Notes: a model not told the origin generated them from the letters alone. A DNA stretch of 64,000 nt from Kiritimatiellia bacterium (GCA_016783565.1 JADHWI010000002.1:39011-103010), one strand, 5' to 3'. Shown: positions 41,495-52,448, numbered from the stretch's first letter. Program-made: numbers and translations.

Positions 41495-41935
41495 TCAGCT
41501 TTTCTTATGAAATCCCGTTGACCCGAAACCACCCTCACCACGATGTGTATCAGACAACTCATCAACCTCTTCGATATCTGCCGTTATCACAGGCTTGATG
41601 ATCATCTGTGCAATCTTCATCCCCTTCTCAACAACAAAGGCATCGCTGCCATGATTGATCAAGATCACACCCACTTCTCCACGATAGCCTTCGTCAATGG
41701 TTCCCGGCGTATTGAGCACCGTGACGGCATGCTTCAAGGCCATACCACTACGCGGCCGGACTTGCGCCTCAGTACCTGGCGGAAGCTGAATGGAAATCCC
41801 CGTTTTCACAAGTGCCGATGCACCCGACGCCAGCTCGCGATGTTCAATGGAAAAAAGATCCAGACCCGCATCTCCAGGATGAGCATAATGCGGAACCACA
41901 GCATCTTCGGACAGTCTCTTTACACGCAACAACAT
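41495..41935 (-). CDS. dut: dUTP diphosphatase
   Basis: 146 aa. Contains [17 protein letters not shown] and GLILINHG-type motifs of trimeric dUTPase. Confidence 0.9.
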   Translation of the reverse strand: MLLRVKRLSEDAVVPHYAHPGDAGLDLFSIEHRELASGASALVKTGISIQLPPGTEAQVRPRSGMALKHAVTVLNTPGTIDEGYRGEVGVILINHGSDAFVVEKGMKIAQMIIKPVITADIEEVDELSDTHRGEGGFGSTGFHKKS

Positions 41936-41999
41936 AGTTCCCCCTTATCAATATCCCGCACTGTAACAAGGCGGGACAGCAGGAACAAGTCCGGACCTT

Positions 42000-43685
42000 T
42001 CACCCCTTGGCTGCAATCTTGGCCCAACTGTCGCGCAATGGAACAATACGATTGAAAACCGGCGCACCAGGCTGCGAATCGATCGGATCGATATACGCAT
42101 AGCACTTGCGTTCAAACTGGCAACGCGTTCCCGGATCCACGTCCCGAAGGGAAGGCTCCACCTTAGCGGTAATCGTCTCAAGTGAATCAGGATTGAGATG
42201 ACTTTTAAAATCTTCACCCTCTTTGACTTCATCCGGACGTTCCGTCATGAACAACCGGTCATAAAGTCGCATCTCGGAATCCAACGCATGCGCAGCGGAA
42301 ACCCAATGGATGGTGCCACGCACCTTGCGTCCATCCGGTGCATTGCCGCCACGCGTGTCTGGATCATACGTGCAACGCACTTCCGTAACCTCCCCCGTGA
42401 CGGGATCCTTGATCACTTCATCACAGGTTACCAGGTAAGCGTATCGCAGGCGCACCTCGCGCCCCGGAACCAGTCGGAAGAACTTTTTCGGCGCTTCTTC
42501 GCGCACATCCTCGCGCTCCACATAAAGCTCACGACTAAACGGTAGCACACGCGTACCCGCCGCAGGGTCCTCAGGATTATTGATACCCTCAAGTTCTTCG
42601 TCCTGCCCTTCCGGATAGTTCGTAATAACCAGTTTGACCGGATTAAGCACCGCCATAGCCCGGGGTGCCGTTTTATTAAGCTCATCGCGAATGCAGTACT
42701 CCAGAAGAGAAATATCCGTCAGTCCATCAAACTTGGTGATGCCAACACGTTTGCAGAACTCGCGAATAGCTGCAGGTGTAAACCCGCGACGACGCAATCC
42801 TGCGATTGTTGGCAACCGAGGATCATCCCACCCGTTCACATGACCACCTTCAACCAATTCAAGCAACTTCCGCTTACTCATCACGGTATACGACAGGTTA
42901 AGTCGAGCAAACTCTATCTGCCGGGGATGGTAAACATCCAGAGCATCCAGGATCCAGTCATAGAGCGGACGGTGTACCTCAAATTCCAACGTACAAAGCG
43001 AATGCGTAATGTTCTCAATCGAGTCTTCAAGACAATGCGCAAAATCGTAGGTCGGATAAATGCACCACTTGTCCCCATGCCGGTAATGATGAATACGCTT
43101 GATCCGATAAATAGCGGGGTCACGCATATGAATGTTCGGGGACGCCATGTCAATCTTTGCGCGTACGACATACTGCCCGTCTTCAAAATCGCCTTCGCGC
43201 ATACACCGGAATAACTCCAAATTCTCCTCAACAGAACGGCATCGACAGGGACTGTCCTTTCCCGGACGAGTCGGCACACCTCGGTACTCCTTGAAGTCCT
43301 CTACAGACAGATCGCAAACGTAAGCTAGGCCGTTACGAATTAACTCACAGGCGTATTCATACATCTGTTCAAAATAGTCCGAGGCAAAATACAGATTCTC
43401 ACCCCAGTCAAATCCCAGCCACTGAATATCGTGCTTGATGGACTCAACATATTCCTCGTTCTCTTTTGCCGGATTGGTGTCATCCAGTCGCAGATGGCAG
43501 CGCCCTCCTGTTTCCTGCGCCACGCCGAAATCAAGGCATATCGCCTTGGCATGACCAATGTGCAGGTACCCATTCGGTTCAGGCGGGAAACGTGTCACAA
43601 TACCTGCGTGCTTACCCGTACGCAGATCGTCCGCAACAATTTCACGAATAAAATCCAATACTTCTTCCGGTTTCTCGTCTGTCAT
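42000..43685 (-). CDS. glnS: Glutamine--tRNA ligase
   Basis: 561 aa. HIGH region ([16 protein letters not shown]), KMSKS as VMSKR, and C-terminal GlnRS beta-barrel anticodon domains. Confidence 0.85.
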   Translation of the reverse strand: MTDEKPEEVLDFIREIVADDLRTGKHAGIVTRFPPEPNGYLHIGHAKAICLDFGVAQETGGRCHLRLDDTNPAKENEEYVESIKHDIQWLGFDWGENLYFASDYFEQMYEYACELIRNGLAYVCDLSVEDFKEYRGVPTRPGKDSPCRCRSVEENLELFRCMREGDFEDGQYVVRAKIDMASPNIHMRDPAIYRIKRIHHYRHGDKWCIYPTYDFAHCLEDSIENITHSLCTLEFEVHRPLYDWILDALDVYHPRQIEFARLNLSYTVMSKRKLLELVEGGHVNGWDDPRLPTIAGLRRRGFTPAAIREFCKRVGITKFDGLTDISLLEYCIRDELNKTAPRAMAVLNPVKLVITNYPEGQDEELEGINNPEDPAAGTRVLPFSRELYVEREDVREEAPKKFFRLVPGREVRLRYAYLVTCDEVIKDPVTGEVTEVRCTYDPDTRGGNAPDGRKVRGTIHWVSAAHALDSEMRLYDRLFMTERPDEVKEGEDFKSHLNPDSLETITAKVEPSLRDVDPGTRCQFERKCYAYIDPIDSQPGAPVFNRIVPLRDSWAKIAAKG

Positions 43686-43721
43686 AAAAACTCCTCCAAA
43701 ATCAATATGCTGATGGGCCCC

Positions 43722-45290
43722 TCAATTTCTGCGGCCATACCTGCCTTCATATTCCTTGGTAAACCGCTTGAGCGCTTTACCCTTCAACGTTACGTCAACT
43801 GTCGCCAGCGAATCCAGCGCATACTGCAATCGACGCAAACACATATCTTTACCCAGGACCACCATGCTATCGAAAACCGGCAAGGCGACCTTTGAACCCG
43901 CAAGCGCTATGAAGAAAAGTGGCATCAACTTCTTAAGCTTTAAATCTTCCGTCTCGCTCATCCGCATAAAAACATCCTTGATGCGCTCAACCGTCCAATC
44001 CCCCAGACCCTCAAACTCCCACTGCGCCGTTTGAAGCAACCGGGCAGTGCGATCACCATCGCCGGTCGTACCCACCAGCAACTCGGGATCGTACGCCAGG
44101 CGATCAGCAAACAGAAATGCTGACATGGGAACAAGATCAGTCATCTGCTCCAATCGAGGTTGCGCGATAGGCATTACCCGCTGCCAGGTGTCATCGTTCA
44201 GCATCCAGCTCTTAATCCGTTCATAAAGCTGCTCCGGGGTCAATGCACGCAAATAACGACCATTGAAATTACGGAGTTTGAGAATATCAAAGATTGGCCC
44301 GCCAAGGCTGACTCGATCCAGATCAAAAGTAGCGACCATTTGTTCGAGCGTAAATTCTTCCTGTCCATCGGCAGGACTATAAGCCATCAGGCCCAGATAA
44401 TTCAGTACCGCCTCAGGCAGGAATCCCGCCTGCCGGTAATACAGAATACTGGTCGGATTCTTTCGCTTCGACAGCTTGGACTTATCTGGATTACGCAACA
44501 GCGGCAGATGCACAAACATCGGAGGCGTCCAACCAAAGGCCTGGTACAGCAACACATGCTTTGGTGCAGAGCTGATCCATTCTTCACCACGGATCACGTG
44601 CGTAATCGCCATCAGGTGATCATCAACCACATTCGCCAGATGATACGTCGGAAACCCGTCGGCTTTCATCAATATCTGGTCATCAATGGTCTGCCATGGA
44701 ATCCTGATCTCTTCACGCAAACGATCATTGATGACGCAATCTCCATCGGCTGGAGACTTGAGTCGCACCACGTGCGGCTCTCCCGCTTCGATCCTGCGTC
44801 GTGCCTCCTGCGGATCCAACATCGAGCACGTGCCATCGTATCCGATAAATTCCTGCTTCGCGGCCATCTGTTCATTGCGCAGCTCGGAAAGCCGCTCTGA
44901 ACTGCAGAAGCACGGATAAGCGTGACCCGAGGCAATCAACCTATCCACATGTTTACGATAAATATCAAGCCGCTCACTCTGACGATACGGACCATGATCA
45001 CCCCCCTTGTCCGGCCCCTCGTCCCAGGACAATCCCGTCCACTCCAACGCTTCCAGAATATCGTTCTCGGAAGCACGCGTGGAACGCACTTGATCAGTGT
45101 CCTCAATACGCAGAATAAACTCGCCCCCATGCCGCTTGGCAAAGGCATAGTTGAACAGCGCAATATAAGCAGTACCAATGTGCGGCGCCCCCGTCGGGGA
45201 CGGCGCGATCCGAGTTCGTATTGTTTCAGCGCACATGACTATCCTCTGCCGGTTTCCCCGGCCACTTGCTTCCGTCTGTTTTCTCTCCAA
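43722..45290 (-). CDS. gltX: Glutamate--tRNA ligase
   Basis: 522 aa. RIAPSPTGAPHIGTAYIALFNYAFAKRHGGEFILRIEDTD and KLSKR motif. Confidence 0.9.
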   Translation of the reverse strand: MERKQTEASGRGNRQRIVMCAETIRTRIAPSPTGAPHIGTAYIALFNYAFAKRHGGEFILRIEDTDQVRSTRASENDILEALEWTGLSWDEGPDKGGDHGPYRQSERLDIYRKHVDRLIASGHAYPCFCSSERLSELRNEQMAAKQEFIGYDGTCSMLDPQEARRRIEAGEPHVVRLKSPADGDCVINDRLREEIRIPWQTIDDQILMKADGFPTYHLANVVDDHLMAITHVIRGEEWISSAPKHVLLYQAFGWTPPMFVHLPLLRNPDKSKLSKRKNPTSILYYRQAGFLPEAVLNYLGLMAYSPADGQEEFTLEQMVATFDLDRVSLGGPIFDILKLRNFNGRYLRALTPEQLYERIKSWMLNDDTWQRVMPIAQPRLEQMTDLVPMSAFLFADRLAYDPELLVGTTGDGDRTARLLQTAQWEFEGLGDWTVERIKDVFMRMSETEDLKLKKLMPLFFIALAGSKVALPVFDSMVVLGKDMCLRRLQYALDSLATVDVTLKGKALKRFTKEYEGRYGRRN

Positions 45291-45388
45291 ACAACGCGGC
45301 CGGAAACCCTCCGTACCGATACAATCTTTCGGTCACGAACCTTGCCCCAATCGCTCTATGAACGCAATAGCAAAGCCACTCCAGCCAA

Positions 45389-45418
45389 TTGACAAATCCC
45401 GGCATTTGCCCCTATAGT
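45389..45418 (+). promoter_or_regulatory. Sigma-70-like promoter (TTGACA-N18-TATAGT) upstream of galM
   Basis: TTGACA at 45389-45394, then an 18-nt spacer, then TATAGT at 45413-45418. This is about 38 nt before the galM ATG. Confidence 0.35.
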
Positions 45419-45455
45419 AGTTCCGTAAAGGCGACTGAAAATAGGAGAAACTGCC

Positions 45456-46475
45456 ATGAATGTTACCGCAAAACAATTTGGCCATGTGGGCGACGATATT
45501 GCCTGGATCTATACCATCAGCAACGGCGAAGGCATGCAGGTCTCCTGCACCAACTACGGTGCCATCATCACATCTATCATCGTGCCGGACGCACAAGGGC
45601 AGCCCGGTGATGTGGTCTTGGGATTCGATACGCTGGCAGAATACATTAATGGAAACGATCCCTACTTTGGCGCCATCTGTGGGCGTGTAGCCAACCGCAT
45701 CAACAAAGGGCGCTTCTCTCTGGATGGCGAACCATACGAGCTGGCCCAAAATAATGGCGGCAACGCACTTCATGGCGGCATCAAGGGCTTTGACAAACAA
45801 CTCTGGCATGCCGACAAGGAAGAAAATGGCGTTCATTTCTGGTTGATAAGTCCCGATGGCGATGAAGGCTATCCCGGCGAGCTGACCTGCTCGGTGCGCT
45901 ACTCTTTGACAAGCGACAATGCGCTGGTCATTGACTACCACGCTCGCACCAGCCGCACCACCATCATTAACCTTACCAATCACACGTACTTCAATCTGGC
46001 TGGCCATGATGCAGGCAGCATCCTGGACCACGAGGTCGAGATACGCTCATCACAATACACACCCATCACGGAGGCATTGATCCCCACAGGAGAAACAGCC
46101 ACTGTCAACGGGTCACCACTTGACTTTACATCCCCTCATCGTATCGGCGAACGCATTGACGCAGCCGGTGGCTACGACCACAACTTCATTTTAGACCCAT
46201 CCCGAGAGGACGACTGGGCCGTACGCGTCTCGGAACCCACTTCCGGAAGAATCATGGAAGCCTATACAACCGAACCGGGTATCCAGTTTTACACTGGAAA
46301 TTTTCTGGACGGATTAACAGGCAAAGGGGGCGCTTCTTACGCAGTGCATAACGGCTTCTGTCTGGAAGCACAACACTACCCGGACAGCATCAACCACCCC
46401 GAATTTCCCAGCATCGTACTCAAGCCAGGCGAACACTATACGCAACGTACCGCATATCGATTCGCAACGGCCTGA
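45456..46475 (+). CDS. galM: Aldose 1-epimerase (galactose mutarotase)
   Basis: 339 aa. Aldose epimerase signature regions (…YFGAICGRVANRI…, …FNLAGH…). Confidence 0.85.
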   Translation: MNVTAKQFGHVGDDIAWIYTISNGEGMQVSCTNYGAIITSIIVPDAQGQPGDVVLGFDTLAEYINGNDPYFGAICGRVANRINKGRFSLDGEPYELAQNNGGNALHGGIKGFDKQLWHADKEENGVHFWLISPDGDEGYPGELTCSVRYSLTSDNALVIDYHARTSRTTIINLTNHTYFNLAGHDAGSILDHEVEIRSSQYTPITEALIPTGETATVNGSPLDFTSPHRIGERIDAAGGYDHNFILDPSREDDWAVRVSEPTSGRIMEAYTTEPGIQFYTGNFLDGLTGKGGASYAVHNGFCLEAQHYPDSINHPEFPSIVLKPGEHYTQRTAYRFATA

Positions 46476-46524
46476 GGGTAGAAATGTGCTCTCCAAGGCA
46501 AGGGAGTCAGCTTTATTAAGTGCT

Positions 46525-48981
46525 CTACCTGGTCCTTGACCGTCGACGGGGGAAACAGAAGTCCAGTACATCCTGCAGGGATTCGGCATAATGCGGCGTC
46601 AGCCCCTTGCGGATATGCTCAGGAAGTTCATCAAAATCCTTGCGGTTCTCCTCGGGGAACACAAGGTGTTTGATCTTGGCGCGTTTAGCGGCGATGGTCT
46701 TTTCTTTCAACCCGCCAATCGGGATGACACGCCCCTTTAGCGTTAACTCACCCGTCATCGCCACCCCGACACGAATCGATACCCCCTTCACGAGAGAATA
46801 GATTGCCGCAGCCATTGTGATGCCTGCAGAAGGACCATCCTTCGGCGTGGCACCCGCCGGAACATGCAAGTGAACAAAATGGCGGCCAAAGAAGTCGCGC
46901 GCCTGCTTGTCTTCACTCAACAACGCCCGAACATAGGTGTAGGCAATCTCAGAAGACTCAATCATCACATCCCCAAGCTGTCCCGTTTGTTTGAACCCAG
47001 GCTTACCCGTTGCAACTGCCGTCGCCTCGATATACAGCGTATCCCCCCCCATGCTGGTCCAGGCCAGGCCAAGCACAACGCCGGGCAAACGCTCTTTGAA
47101 CATATGATCATCGGTGAAGATTTTCTTTCCCAGAAGTTCGCCCACATCCTCAGGCATCACGCGCATGAGCTTCTTCTTTTTCTCCACGATCTTTCTGGCG
47201 GTTTTGCGACATAATTTTTTAATCGCATTCTCCAACCCACGAACACCCGGCTCGCGCGCATAACCATCAATGATACTCCGTAATGCAGGGGATGTAATCG
47301 TCAATTGTTTGCGAGTCAAACCATGCTCTTTCAACTGCTTCGGGACCAGGTAGCGCCTCGCGATCTCCAATTTCTCTTTAAGAATATAGCCCGAGAGGCG
47401 AATCACTTCCATTCGATCCAGAAGCGGGCGAGGAATGGTGTCCAACTGGTTGGCCGTACAAATGAAAAATACATTGGACAGATCGAAGCGCACGTCAAGG
47501 TAATGATCCAGGAAATCCCTGTTCTGCTCTGGATCCAGCACCTCGAGAAGAGCCGAAGCCGGATCGCCCTGGTAACTCGCCCCAATCTTATCGATCTCAT
47601 CAATCATAATAACCGGATTAGCACTCTTGCAGGTTTTCATGACCTGAATGAACTTACCGGGTAAGGCACCAATATAGGTACGGCGATGCCCCTTAATCTC
47701 CGCTTCGTCCCGAATGCCTCCCACAGAAAACCGAAAGAAATTACGACCCACACTGCGCGCAATCGACTGCCCAATGGAGGTCTTTCCAACACCCGGCGGA
47801 CCCACAAAACACAGAATTGAACCCGAGATACCCCCCTTGAGCCTGCCGACCGCCAGAAACTCCAGGATGCGCTCCTTCACATCTTCAAGACCATAATGAT
47901 CACGATTAAGAATTTGTTCAGCTTTAGCGATGTCATAGCTGTCTTCGGTAAACACACCCCATGGCAAAGCCGTTAACCAGTCCAGGTAGCTTCGCGTCAC
48001 ACCAAACTCAGGCGACGTAGGCTCCAGCAACTTCAACTTCTCAAGCTCCTCATCCACGCGTTCCCGAGCCTCATCAGAAAGCGTCAATTCAGTCAGGCGT
48101 TTCTGAAAACGTTCTACCTCGGTATCCTTGCCTTCTTTCTCAATACCCAGTTCCTTCTTAATGGCTTTAAGCTGCTCACGAAGGAAAAACTCGCGTTGCT
48201 GGTTGCTAAGCTTCTCTTCTATTTTTCGACTGATCTTGTTTTGCAGCTTCGAAACATTAATTTCCTTCTGCAACAGGACCAACACCTTCTGCAGTCGTTC
48301 ACGAATGCGAACCGCTTCAAGAATCTGCTGTTGAGCAGGAGCATCTGCCGTGGTCAGAGCCGCCGCAATATCTGCCAATCGGCCAGGCTCAGCCAGGTTG
48401 GATTGCGACATAAACAGTTTCAACTCTTCTTTGTGAAGCGGATTAAGCTGAATGAGATCCTTGATACTCTTGATGACCGAAAGCGAATACGCTTTGAGCT
48501 CTTCGTTACCGGTCATGTCGGATTCCAGGACATACTCTACCTCGGCGACAATATGAGGATCCTCCTGCGTGATACGCAGAATTCGGAATCGTTCTGTTGC
48601 GCCCAACAGAACCTGGGCAGGCCCATCCGAACCCACTACCGCTAACTGTAATATCTCCGCCATCACACCCATCATGTACAAATCTGCACCACGAGGCCGG
48701 CGCTCTTCATCTGCACTATCAATCGGACGAGCCAGAACCAGCCCAACATATTTCTGATCAGACTCCGTCGTCTCAATCAGCATCTTGCGCAGCGCTTCAT
48801 CCTCAATTGCCACAGGCACTGTCATACGCGGAAACACAGGGCGCTGATTCAATGGAAGAATTGGAAGATGCGACGGATAGGTCTCCCGTGCGAGAACCAT
48901 CTGCTGCTCGTCCGAGCTTTCCTCTTCCATATCAACAATCTCTACCCGAGGGTCATCATCTGCATATTCATTGTCCGTCAT
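46525..48981 (-). CDS. lon: ATP-dependent protease Lon
   Basis: 818 aa. LON N-domain, Walker A GPPGVGKTS, and catalytic Ser in PKDGPSAGITMAAA. Confidence 0.95.
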   Translation of the reverse strand: MTDNEYADDDPRVEIVDMEEESSDEQQMVLARETYPSHLPILPLNQRPVFPRMTVPVAIEDEALRKMLIETTESDQKYVGLVLARPIDSADEERRPRGADLYMMGVMAEILQLAVVGSDGPAQVLLGATERFRILRITQEDPHIVAEVEYVLESDMTGNEELKAYSLSVIKSIKDLIQLNPLHKEELKLFMSQSNLAEPGRLADIAAALTTADAPAQQQILEAVRIRERLQKVLVLLQKEINVSKLQNKISRKIEEKLSNQQREFFLREQLKAIKKELGIEKEGKDTEVERFQKRLTELTLSDEARERVDEELEKLKLLEPTSPEFGVTRSYLDWLTALPWGVFTEDSYDIAKAEQILNRDHYGLEDVKERILEFLAVGRLKGGISGSILCFVGPPGVGKTSIGQSIARSVGRNFFRFSVGGIRDEAEIKGHRRTYIGALPGKFIQVMKTCKSANPVIMIDEIDKIGASYQGDPASALLEVLDPEQNRDFLDHYLDVRFDLSNVFFICTANQLDTIPRPLLDRMEVIRLSGYILKEKLEIARRYLVPKQLKEHGLTRKQLTITSPALRSIIDGYAREPGVRGLENAIKKLCRKTARKIVEKKKKLMRVMPEDVGELLGKKIFTDDHMFKERLPGVVLGLAWTSMGGDTLYIEATAVATGKPGFKQTGQLGDVMIESSEIAYTYVRALLSEDKQARDFFGRHFVHLHVPAGATPKDGPSAGITMAAAIYSLVKGVSIRVGVAMTGELTLKGRVIPIGGLKEKTIAAKRAKIKHLVFPEENRKDFDELPEHIRKGLTPHYAESLQDVLDFCFPRRRSRTR

Positions 48982-49144
48982 GTGTTCCTCCCTGCTACCT
49001 CATATCCCAGACGCTACGCCATCATATTAAGACGATTGTTATCAACACGCAATGCCTGAGACATTTTTCCTTGCCACTCGGCAAACAGCAACCGACACTG
49101 ACCGCAGTAGATTGAATGCTCTATAGCATACAACTGGACTCACA

Positions 49145-49540
49145 ATGGAGAGCGCACTCATGGATGGACACATTGACTGGAATACCGTGGTCGAAGGACG
49201 CGGAATCAATCATATACAGCGGCATATTTTCTTATGCTGCGACCAGACAGATGCCAACTGTTGCTCCAAACAAAATGGTCTTAAAGCGTGGACCTATCTC
49301 AAACAACGACTGAATGAACTGAAGTTAACCGGAAGCGGTGGAATCTACAGGACAAAAGCCAATTGCCTTCGCGTTTGCCGAAAAGGCCCCATCGCCGTAA
49401 TTTACCCTGAGGGCATCTGGTACCACTCCTGCACGCCAGATGTGCTGGAACGTATCATCCAGGAACACCTCATTGGGGGAATTCCGGTTGAGGATTATAT
49501 GTTATATCGCCCAGACGAGGATTCGCAACCTAACGCCTGA
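49145..49540 (+). CDS. Thioredoxin-like [2Fe-2S] ferredoxin family protein
   Basis: 131 aa. Cys cluster [10 protein letters not shown] … CLRVC, resembling COG3411-type ferredoxins. Confidence 0.55.
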   Translation: MESALMDGHIDWNTVVEGRGINHIQRHIFLCCDQTDANCCSKQNGLKAWTYLKQRLNELKLTGSGGIYRTKANCLRVCRKGPIAVIYPEGIWYHSCTPDVLERIIQEHLIGGIPVEDYMLYRPDEDSQPNA

Positions 49541-49560
49541 ACAGGGAGGAAAGCCAGGAC

Positions 49561-50676
49561 ATGAAAAATGACGTTTGCTGGATTGATTTTAATACGATGG
49601 AACAGTTCATGGTGGACGTATTCACAGGAATCGGCGTGCCTGAAGCAGACGCCCGCATCTGTGCCGATGTTCTGATTACCGCAGATAAGCGCGGCGTTGA
49701 CTCACATGGCATCGGTCGATTGAAAACCATTTATTACGACCGCATTATTCAGCACAAAATTCAACAACCCGTCACGAATTTTGAAATCGTGCGCGAACGC
49801 CCGGGCACTGCCGTGGTCGATGGGCATCACGGCATGGGAATGGTCATTTCGACGCGCTGCATGCAAATGGCCATCGACAAAGCAAAGCAATGCGGTGTGG
49901 GTACCGTTGTAGCCCGCAACTCCACCCACTACGGCATCGCAGGATATTATGGATTGATGGCTTGCAACGCCGGCATGATTGGTATGACCACCACCAATGC
50001 GCGCCCCTCCATCGCGCCCACACATGGTGTCGAGAATATGCTGGGCACGAACCCGCTCGTGTTTGCCATGCCTACGGATGAGGCATTCCCCTTCACCAAC
50101 GATTACGCCACATCCATTTCGCAACGCGGGAAAATCGAACAGTACGACCGTGAAGGCCAGCCCCTACCCGCGGGATGGGTCATCGATCACGAAGGCAATA
50201 CAAAAACTGATGCGGCAGAAGTGTTGAAAGATCTCGTGGAAGGCACTGCTGCACTGGTTCCCGTTGGGGGCATCGGCGAAGAACAGGGCGGATACAAAGG
50301 CTATGGCTATGCCACGGTCGTAGAAATACTTTCCTCCGCCCTGCAACAGGGCGCGTTCATGAAACAGCTCCTCGGATTCGATAGTGATGGCAACCGTGCG
50401 CCTTATTGCCTGGGACATTTCTTCATGGCTATCGACATCGAGGCCTTCACCGAACTGGATGCCTTCAAAAAAACAACAGGCGACATTCTACGTGCATTGC
50501 GCGACTCCCGTAAGGCACCCGGCGCAGAGCGCATCTACACCTGCGGCGAAAAGGAGCACCTGGCATGGCTGGAACGCAAGGACAAGGGGGTTCCAATCAA
50601 CACGGAGCTACAACATCAAATCGTTACCATGCGCGATGAGCTCGGTCTGTCACAGTATCAATTCCCGTTTGAGTAA
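49561..50676 (+). CDS. Malate/L-lactate dehydrogenase family 2 (Ldh_2) oxidoreductase
   Basis: 371 aa. N-terminal pattern …DARICADVLITADKRGVDSHGIGRL… typical of the Ldh_2 family. Confidence 0.75.
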   Translation: MKNDVCWIDFNTMEQFMVDVFTGIGVPEADARICADVLITADKRGVDSHGIGRLKTIYYDRIIQHKIQQPVTNFEIVRERPGTAVVDGHHGMGMVISTRCMQMAIDKAKQCGVGTVVARNSTHYGIAGYYGLMACNAGMIGMTTTNARPSIAPTHGVENMLGTNPLVFAMPTDEAFPFTNDYATSISQRGKIEQYDREGQPLPAGWVIDHEGNTKTDAAEVLKDLVEGTAALVPVGGIGEEQGGYKGYGYATVVEILSSALQQGAFMKQLLGFDSDGNRAPYCLGHFFMAIDIEAFTELDAFKKTTGDILRALRDSRKAPGAERIYTCGEKEHLAWLERKDKGVPINTELQHQIVTMRDELGLSQYQFPFE

Positions 50677-50793
50677 GTCAGATAAGCTGCTTCCGGAAGA
50701 GCGCGTGCCCTTGCTCCGCTACGGGTCACACGCACTACATTCAATCCTCATCACTTTCTGATGTAGCGGCGTCCTGCCTGCGGCTGGATAAAC

Positions 50794-50825
50794 CTTAACC
50801 TGAGCAACGCGAAGGAAAGCCGCTC
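50794..50825. repeat. Copy A of a ~32-nt intergenic motif CTTAACCTGAGCAAMGCGAARGAAAGCCGCT
   Basis: Near-identical to 55413..55444. Both copies are preceded by GTAGCGGCG and followed by CACCCC. Confidence 0.5.
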
Positions 50826-51819
50826 ACCCCTGCTTTGCCCCTACCTCTTTGACGGCAGCAAGAACTGCATCGTGAACAATTCCACTCGTTGCCAATATAC
50901 CCTTGTTCGCTTGCAGCGTACTGCCCAGAGAGAAATCCAACGGTGCGCCATTGATGTCTGTGACACGTCCTCCCGCTTCGCTAACCGCCAACATGCCGGC
51001 AGCGTGATCCCAGATCTTCTCCTGGTAATCTGCACGCGTCGGTAAACGCAAATAAACACTGGCCTCCCCGCGCGCCACAACCGCGTACTTGCACTGACTG
51101 TCAAGCCGCACGGGGTCAGCCGTGGCCCCGAGAAGACGTGCAATCTCAGCCGACGTATCATGTCGCGTGTGGCCGACTTCATACGGTTCGCAGAAAGCGA
51201 TATCTGTAACGTCTACATCAGATGCCACATGCGCCTCGCCAATTTGACCATCTCCATCCAGAGCAATCATATGCGTGCCGCAACCCTTCGTCGCAATAAA
51301 CAGACAGCCACCATCCCGCGACTCGGAAACCGAACCCCGCGGCAGGTTTGGGCACCCCATCACACCAAGAACGACCTCGCCATTGTCAATCAACGCCAAA
51401 GCTATGGCATATTGATCTCCCCGGATAAACCCCTTTGTCCCGTCAATCGGATCCAGCGTCCAGAAACGTCCAGTCGCCCCACCAGCATAGTTGCCTTGAT
51501 CAATCGATTCCAGAATCGCCGCTTCATCCAATTCCGGCAATTGTGCCTGAACCTGTTGCACCACCATTCCCAACAATTCACGGTTTTCTGCCTCACGCAG
51601 AGCAGAGGCATCCTCCTCCGCCACAATCGGAATCTCCGGAAACGCTGACATCAATGCGTGGTTGATCACCGTCTGCGATCCAAAATCTGCAACCGTCACC
51701 GGTGAGCGGTCCTTCTTGGCCAGGGTTTCTTCAGTCACCAGCGAAGCTTGCACACGCTGACACAGAACCGCCGCGCGCTTTACGGCTTCAATCGCCACAT
51801 TCAATTCTGATTCGAACAT
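50824..51819 (-). CDS. Inositol monophosphatase / 3'(2'),5'-bisphosphate nucleotidase family
   Basis: WTLDPIDGTKGF and …EEDAS… motifs. 331 aa. Confidence 0.75.
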   Translation of the reverse strand: MFESELNVAIEAVKRAAVLCQRVQASLVTEETLAKKDRSPVTVADFGSQTVINHALMSAFPEIPIVAEEDASALREAENRELLGMVVQQVQAQLPELDEAAILESIDQGNYAGGATGRFWTLDPIDGTKGFIRGDQYAIALALIDNGEVVLGVMGCPNLPRGSVSESRDGGCLFIATKGCGTHMIALDGDGQIGEAHVASDVDVTDIAFCEPYEVGHTRHDTSAEIARLLGATADPVRLDSQCKYAVVARGEASVYLRLPTRADYQEKIWDHAAGMLAVSEAGGRVTDINGAPLDFSLGSTLQANKGILATSGIVHDAVLAAVKEVGAKQG

Positions 51820-51830
51820 TCCCGTATTCC

Positions 51831-52448
51831 TTACTTTTCTGATTCAAGCATCTTAGCCAATTCAACATGCCCCCGTTGCCGCGCAAAATAACCGGCGGTC
51901 TCACCATCAACATCCTGCATGTTCACATCAGCACCGGCGGCAAGCAGCACCTTCACCACATCGGCATGCCCTTCCGCTGCGGCAAACATCAACGGAGTCC
52001 AATGCTCGCCTGAATCCACCTCGTTTACACCAGACTTCTTCTCCAGTAAAAGCTTCACTGTTGGTACGCTGGGACCCGTAGACGCAAACATCAAGGCGGT
52101 TCTGCCGGCACCATCCCTTAGTCGAACATCAGCCCCCGAGTCCAAGAGCAATGCCACCACATCAGCATGTCCATTGAAGGATGCCAACATCAGCGCCGTG
52201 TGCCCGTCCTCATTACGCGCATTCACATCAGCCCCGCTTTTGACCACCGTGCCCACAACATCAATCTTCCCCTCAAGAGCCGCCATATAAAACTCAGCCG
52301 AAGGAGCCGCAGGTTCCGACAACACCGCCTGCTGATCTGTGCGGGTTGACGACGCCTCAATGGGCACCGTAACACTTTCCGTCACCTCGCGACGACATCC
52401 CACCAGAAGCACTGCCCCTACCATACACATCCATATCGACTTGATCAT
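51831..52448 (-). CDS. Ankyrin-repeat lipoprotein
   Basis: Start MIKSIWMCMVGAVLLVGC has a lipobox. Four or five ankyrin repeats follow (…GHTALMLASFNGHADVVALLLDSGADV…). Confidence 0.7.
   Translation of the reverse strand: MIKSIWMCMVGAVLLVGCRREVTESVTVPIEASSTRTDQQAVLSEPAAPSAEFYMAALEGKIDVVGTVVKSGADVNARNEDGHTALMLASFNGHADVVALLLDSGADVRLRDGAGRTALMFASTGPSVPTVKLLLEKKSGVNEVDSGEHWTPLMFAAAEGHADVVKVLLAAGADVNMQDVDGETAGYFARQRGHVELAKMLESEK

Noticed and set aside
44160-44900. 246-aa ORF on the + strand
   Set aside because: Antisense to gltX, which is confidently identified.
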